NCBI GenBank assembly: GCA_038230375.1
Contig: JBBRNJ010000008.1
Location: 101,045-165,044, forward strand
DNA length: 64,000 nucleotides
Source of the DNA: Polyangiales bacterium
Lineage (GTDB): Bacteria > Myxococcota_A > Polyangia > Polyangiales > Polyangiaceae
Reading direction: 5' to 3'
Made by a program: the position numbers and the translations under genes. Position 1 is the stretch's first letter. Each line of letters begins with the position of its first letter. This document shows, in pieces, positions 60,999 through 64,000 of this stretch. The notes beneath the pieces were generated by a model that searched no databases, was not told where the DNA came from, and saw only the letters and a program-made list of their open reading frames with translations.

Positions 60999-63154
60999 TG
61001 GCCATGAAATCGTGGCTCGTCCTCTCCTTGGCTTCGCTCGTCGTCATCCAAGCCGACGTCGCACACGCCGCCCCGGTACCCGGCGAGTACACGGTGCAGG
61101 AGGGCGACACTTGCGGCGCCATTGCCGCACGGTTCTACGGTGACAGCCGCAGGGTCGATCTGATCCACATCGCGAACCCGACGTGGGGAGCGCCACCGCA
61201 CGTGCTCAAGCCCGGTGACGTCATCAAGCTCTCGCCGAAGCCCGCCCGCGCGCTGCCTCCCGACCCGAGGCCGCCCGAGGCCATCGTCGTGCGTCCCCGC
61301 GGCACCGTGCAGGTCGACGGCAACCACCCGGCCGCAGCCGGCGAGACCATCACGCGCGGCGCGAAGGTGTCCACGGACGCCGCGAGCTCCGTGGAGCTCG
61401 TGTTCCCGGACGAGTCACGCATCCGCGTGGGCGAGCGCACGCAGGTCACTGTCTCCGCACCACCGAAGGCGGTCGCCGGCTCGCTCGCGGGCGACTCCAT
61501 CCTCCTCGCGGGTGAGGAGCGCACGCGCATGGGGGATCTGACCGGTCGCAGGCCTCTCACGCTCGCCACGCCCAGCGCGCGCGTCCAGATGCGTGGTGAG
61601 GTGAAGGTCTCCGTCGACGCGGCAGGGGCAACGCGCGTCGCTGCGTACAAGGGCACGTCCGTTCTCACGGTCGGCAAGAAGAACGTCGACGTCCGCGAGG
61701 GCTTCGGCGTGAAGGTGGAGAACGGCAAGGCGCCGGGCCAGCCCAAGCCGCTGCCTCCCGCGCCCATGTTCGGTGCGCCGCCGCCCGCCGTCATCTTCGC
61801 CAGCGCCGATGGCAAGGCCGAGATCTCCGGATCGTACGGACCGGGGTCTGGTCCGGGTGACATGCCCACGACGTTCCGGCTGCAGATCGGCCGCGACGGC
61901 GACTTCGGTGAGCTCGTGTCCGATGCGGTCGTGCCCGCAAGCAACACCGCGCTCTCGATCGCTGGCACGCCGGGCACCTATTTCGTGCGCGTGAGCGCGA
62001 TCGATGCGGATGGCTTCGAAGGCGCTTTTTCGCCAGCGCAGCGCGTGATCATCGGCGACATCAAGGTGACGCCGAAGGGGAAGCGCCGCGCCTCCGTCGA
62101 GGTCACGCCGAATGGCGCGTACTGCGGCGTCGCCGGCGGCCCGCTGGCGCCCACGGCCGGCGCGTTCGAGATCGACACCGTGCGCGCCACGTCGGTCCGC
62201 TGCGCCATCACCGCGGACGGCGCCGTCACCGTGCGCGAGATCGCAGGCGCGAAGGTCGGACCGCGCGTCGCCAGCGCCACCGTCACGCACGCGAAGGAAA
62301 ACTTCGACGAGGGCGAGCTCAAGATCGTGCTCACTGACGCGGAGAAGACGCCGCTCGATGGCGTCGAGGTGAAGCCGGTTCCAGGCGACGACGCAAGCAT
62401 CGGCTTGTTCGTGTCGGCCGGCGCTCCCGGGGCCTACAAGGCGCCTGCGCGCTGGAAGCACGGCGCGTCGCAGCTCGGCTTCGCCGTCCACGTCGGCGAC
62501 GAGAACAGCCCCGTGATGACCGTCACGCTCGACCGGCCGCCGAAGGACAAGGTCTCGGACGACAAGCAACCGACCGGCCCCGCCGCGGGAGAGACGAAGG
62601 CCGCGCTGGAGATCCATGCGGACGGCGGCGCAGGTTTCGTGAACAACGGCCTCCAGCAGAGCGGCGGTCGCGGTCGCATCGGCGCGGGCTACTCGCTGCG
62701 TCTCGGGCCCGGCATCATCTCGCTCGGTATCGACGGCGGGCTCGAGGGTTACTTCCGCGAGGAGTTCCCCGCGGCGGACACCAGCGGCAACACCGCAGGC
62801 CGCGTCGCCGTCGGCCAGCTGCATGCGTTCTCGCTGGGGCTGCCCCTTCAGTATCGCTACGGCACCTACGAAAGCCGCTTCCGGCCGTACCTCGGTGTGA
62901 CGCCGGAGGCCTTGTTCGAGAGCGCGAGCTTCTCGCACCTCGTCGGCGATCACCTCGCGAGCAGCGTCGATCAGGGCAGCGCGAAGGTGCTCGGCCTCAC
63001 CGGCCTCATCGGCGGTGAGGTCAAGGTTGGCCCGGGCGCGGCGTTCCTCGAAGGCGGCTACCGCGCGACGACCGTGGCCTCGCGCGACACCGCCAGCGTC
63101 AACATGCGCGGCATCCAGACCGCGCTCGGCTACCGCCTCATCATCGGCCTCTGA
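60998..63154 (+). CDS. LysM-FecR-FN3/Ig protein with C-terminal beta-barrel
   Basis: Signal peptide; YTVQEGDT LysM; VELVFPDESRIRV/TPSA FecR; YFVRVSAIDADG; barrel strands ending ALGYRL. Confidence 0.8.
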   Translation: MAMKSWLVLSLASLVVIQADVAHAAPVPGEYTVQEGDTCGAIAARFYGDSRRVDLIHIANPTWGAPPHVLKPGDVIKLSPKPARALPPDPRPPEAIVVRPRGTVQVDGNHPAAAGETITRGAKVSTDAASSVELVFPDESRIRVGERTQVTVSAPPKAVAGSLAGDSILLAGEERTRMGDLTGRRPLTLATPSARVQMRGEVKVSVDAAGATRVAAYKGTSVLTVGKKNVDVREGFGVKVENGKAPGQPKPLPPAPMFGAPPPAVIFASADGKAEISGSYGPGSGPGDMPTTFRLQIGRDGDFGELVSDAVVPASNTALSIAGTPGTYFVRVSAIDADGFEGAFSPAQRVIIGDIKVTPKGKRRASVEVTPNGAYCGVAGGPLAPTAGAFEIDTVRATSVRCAITADGAVTVREIAGAKVGPRVASATVTHAKENFDEGELKIVLTDAEKTPLDGVEVKPVPGDDASIGLFVSAGAPGAYKAPARWKHGASQLGFAVHVGDENSPVMTVTLDRPPKDKVSDDKQPTGPAAGETKAALEIHADGGAGFVNNGLQQSGGRGRIGAGYSLRLGPGIISLGIDGGLEGYFREEFPAADTSGNTAGRVAVGQLHAFSLGLPLQYRYGTYESRFRPYLGVTPEALFESASFSHLVGDHLASSVDQGSAKVLGLTGLIGGEVKVGPGAAFLEGGYRATTVASRDTASVNMRGIQTALGYRLIIGL

Positions 63155-64000
63155 TCAGGGCGTGACCGGGGGCAGCGTCTTCGTCACGGCGAAGTCGGCC
63201 TCCGGGTTCGTCACGGTGACCTCGCCGAACTTGCGTAGTCCTTCGGCGATCACGGACGCATCGCCGGCGACGATCACGACGACGCGCGCCGGATCGAAGA
63301 GCTCCTTCGCAGCGGCGTTCGTCGCCTCGATGGTCATCTCGCGAAGCTCCTTCTTGTAGCCGTCGTAGTAGTCGTCCGGCAGACCAATGGTGTCCTTCGC
63401 GATGTACAGATCGGCGAGCGCCCCGAGCGTCTCCAGACGCACCGCGAAGATGTCCGCAAGGTAGCGGCGCGCGCCGTCGTTCTCGGTCGCGGTGACGCCG
63501 CTCTGCATCTTGGTCAGGTTGTCGAGCAGTCCTTGCACTGCGTCCACCGTCTTCGGCGTCTGCGTGCCCGCCGTGGCGAACGTGAGCATGGGCCCATGCG
63601 CGACGTCGATGATCTGCGAGCCGGTGGAGTACGCGAGCGAGCGGCTCTCGCGCACGTCCGCGAAGAGGCGCCCCGCGACGCCGCCACCCAGGACCTGGTT
63701 CGCGACGCGCATGGCGGGGAACCTGGGGCTCTTGCGCTCCGGCGCGATGCCAACGACGTAGATGTCGCTCTGCACGCTCTTCGGGCGGTCCGCGATGATC
63801 ACGCGCCGCTTCTCCACGGCCTTCGGGGCGGGGAACGTGACCTCCGGCGCGGCGTCTGCGCGCAGCTTGCCGAACGCCTTCGCGACCTCGTTCGCGGCGG
63901 ACTCGGGGTCCACGTCACCGGCGACCACGACCTCCATGTTCTTCGCGACGTAGAACTTCTTGTGAAAGTCCTGCACGTCCTTCGCGGTGACCTTCTTCAC
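63155..64000 (-). CDS. M16-family peptidase subunit, C-terminal part (partial, runs off window end)
   Basis: FHKKFY..N..VVVAGD and NQVLGGGVAGRLFADVRESRSLAYS motifs. Confidence 0.88.
   Translation of the reverse strand: MKKVTAKDVQDFHKKFYVAKNMEVVVAGDVDPESAANEVAKAFGKLRADAAPEVTFPAPKAVEKRRVIIADRPKSVQSDIYVVGIAPERKSPRFPAMRVANQVLGGGVAGRLFADVRESRSLAYSTGSQIIDVAHGPMLTFATAGTQTPKTVDAVQGLLDNLTKMQSGVTATENDGARRYLADIFAVRLETLGALADLYIAKDTIGLPDDYYDGYKKELREMTIEATNAAAKELFDPARVVVIVAGDASVIAEGLRKFGEVTVTNPEADFAVTKTLPPVTP

Overview
Gene-dense, high-GC bacterial chromosome segment with about 56 CDS. The gene content (Cys-rich and DxG-linker lipoproteins, Hanks kinase, PP2C, MshEN-like protein, CglB-like VWA lipoprotein, sigma54-type promoters) suggests a myxobacterium, probably Polyangiales/Sorangiineae; this is inference. 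Housekeeping genes include frr, gatB, ftsB, thrB, thiL, bcp, nrdJ and a split methylmalonyl-CoA mutase. I saw no rRNA, tRNA, CRISPR array, transposase, integrase or prophage. The most notable signals are: (1) an operon of a 1058-aa lipoprotein plus two paralogous cNMP-domain membrane proteins with complementary loss of motifs; (2) an unannotated three-stem-loop sRNA candidate upstream of an M48 peptidase-dynamin pair; (3) an RlmD fused to an RluA domain lacking the catalytic motif; (4) further apparent pseudo-enzymes (SDR, trypsin); (5) a Rieske oxygenase that has lost its Rieske domain at a dual-frame junction; (6) a multi-hairpin REP-like element; (7) two Phi-1/EXORDIUM-like lipoprotein paralogs. 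All family calls come from motifs recognised by eye, with no database search. Many start codons were re-picked from the ORF track and are approximate.
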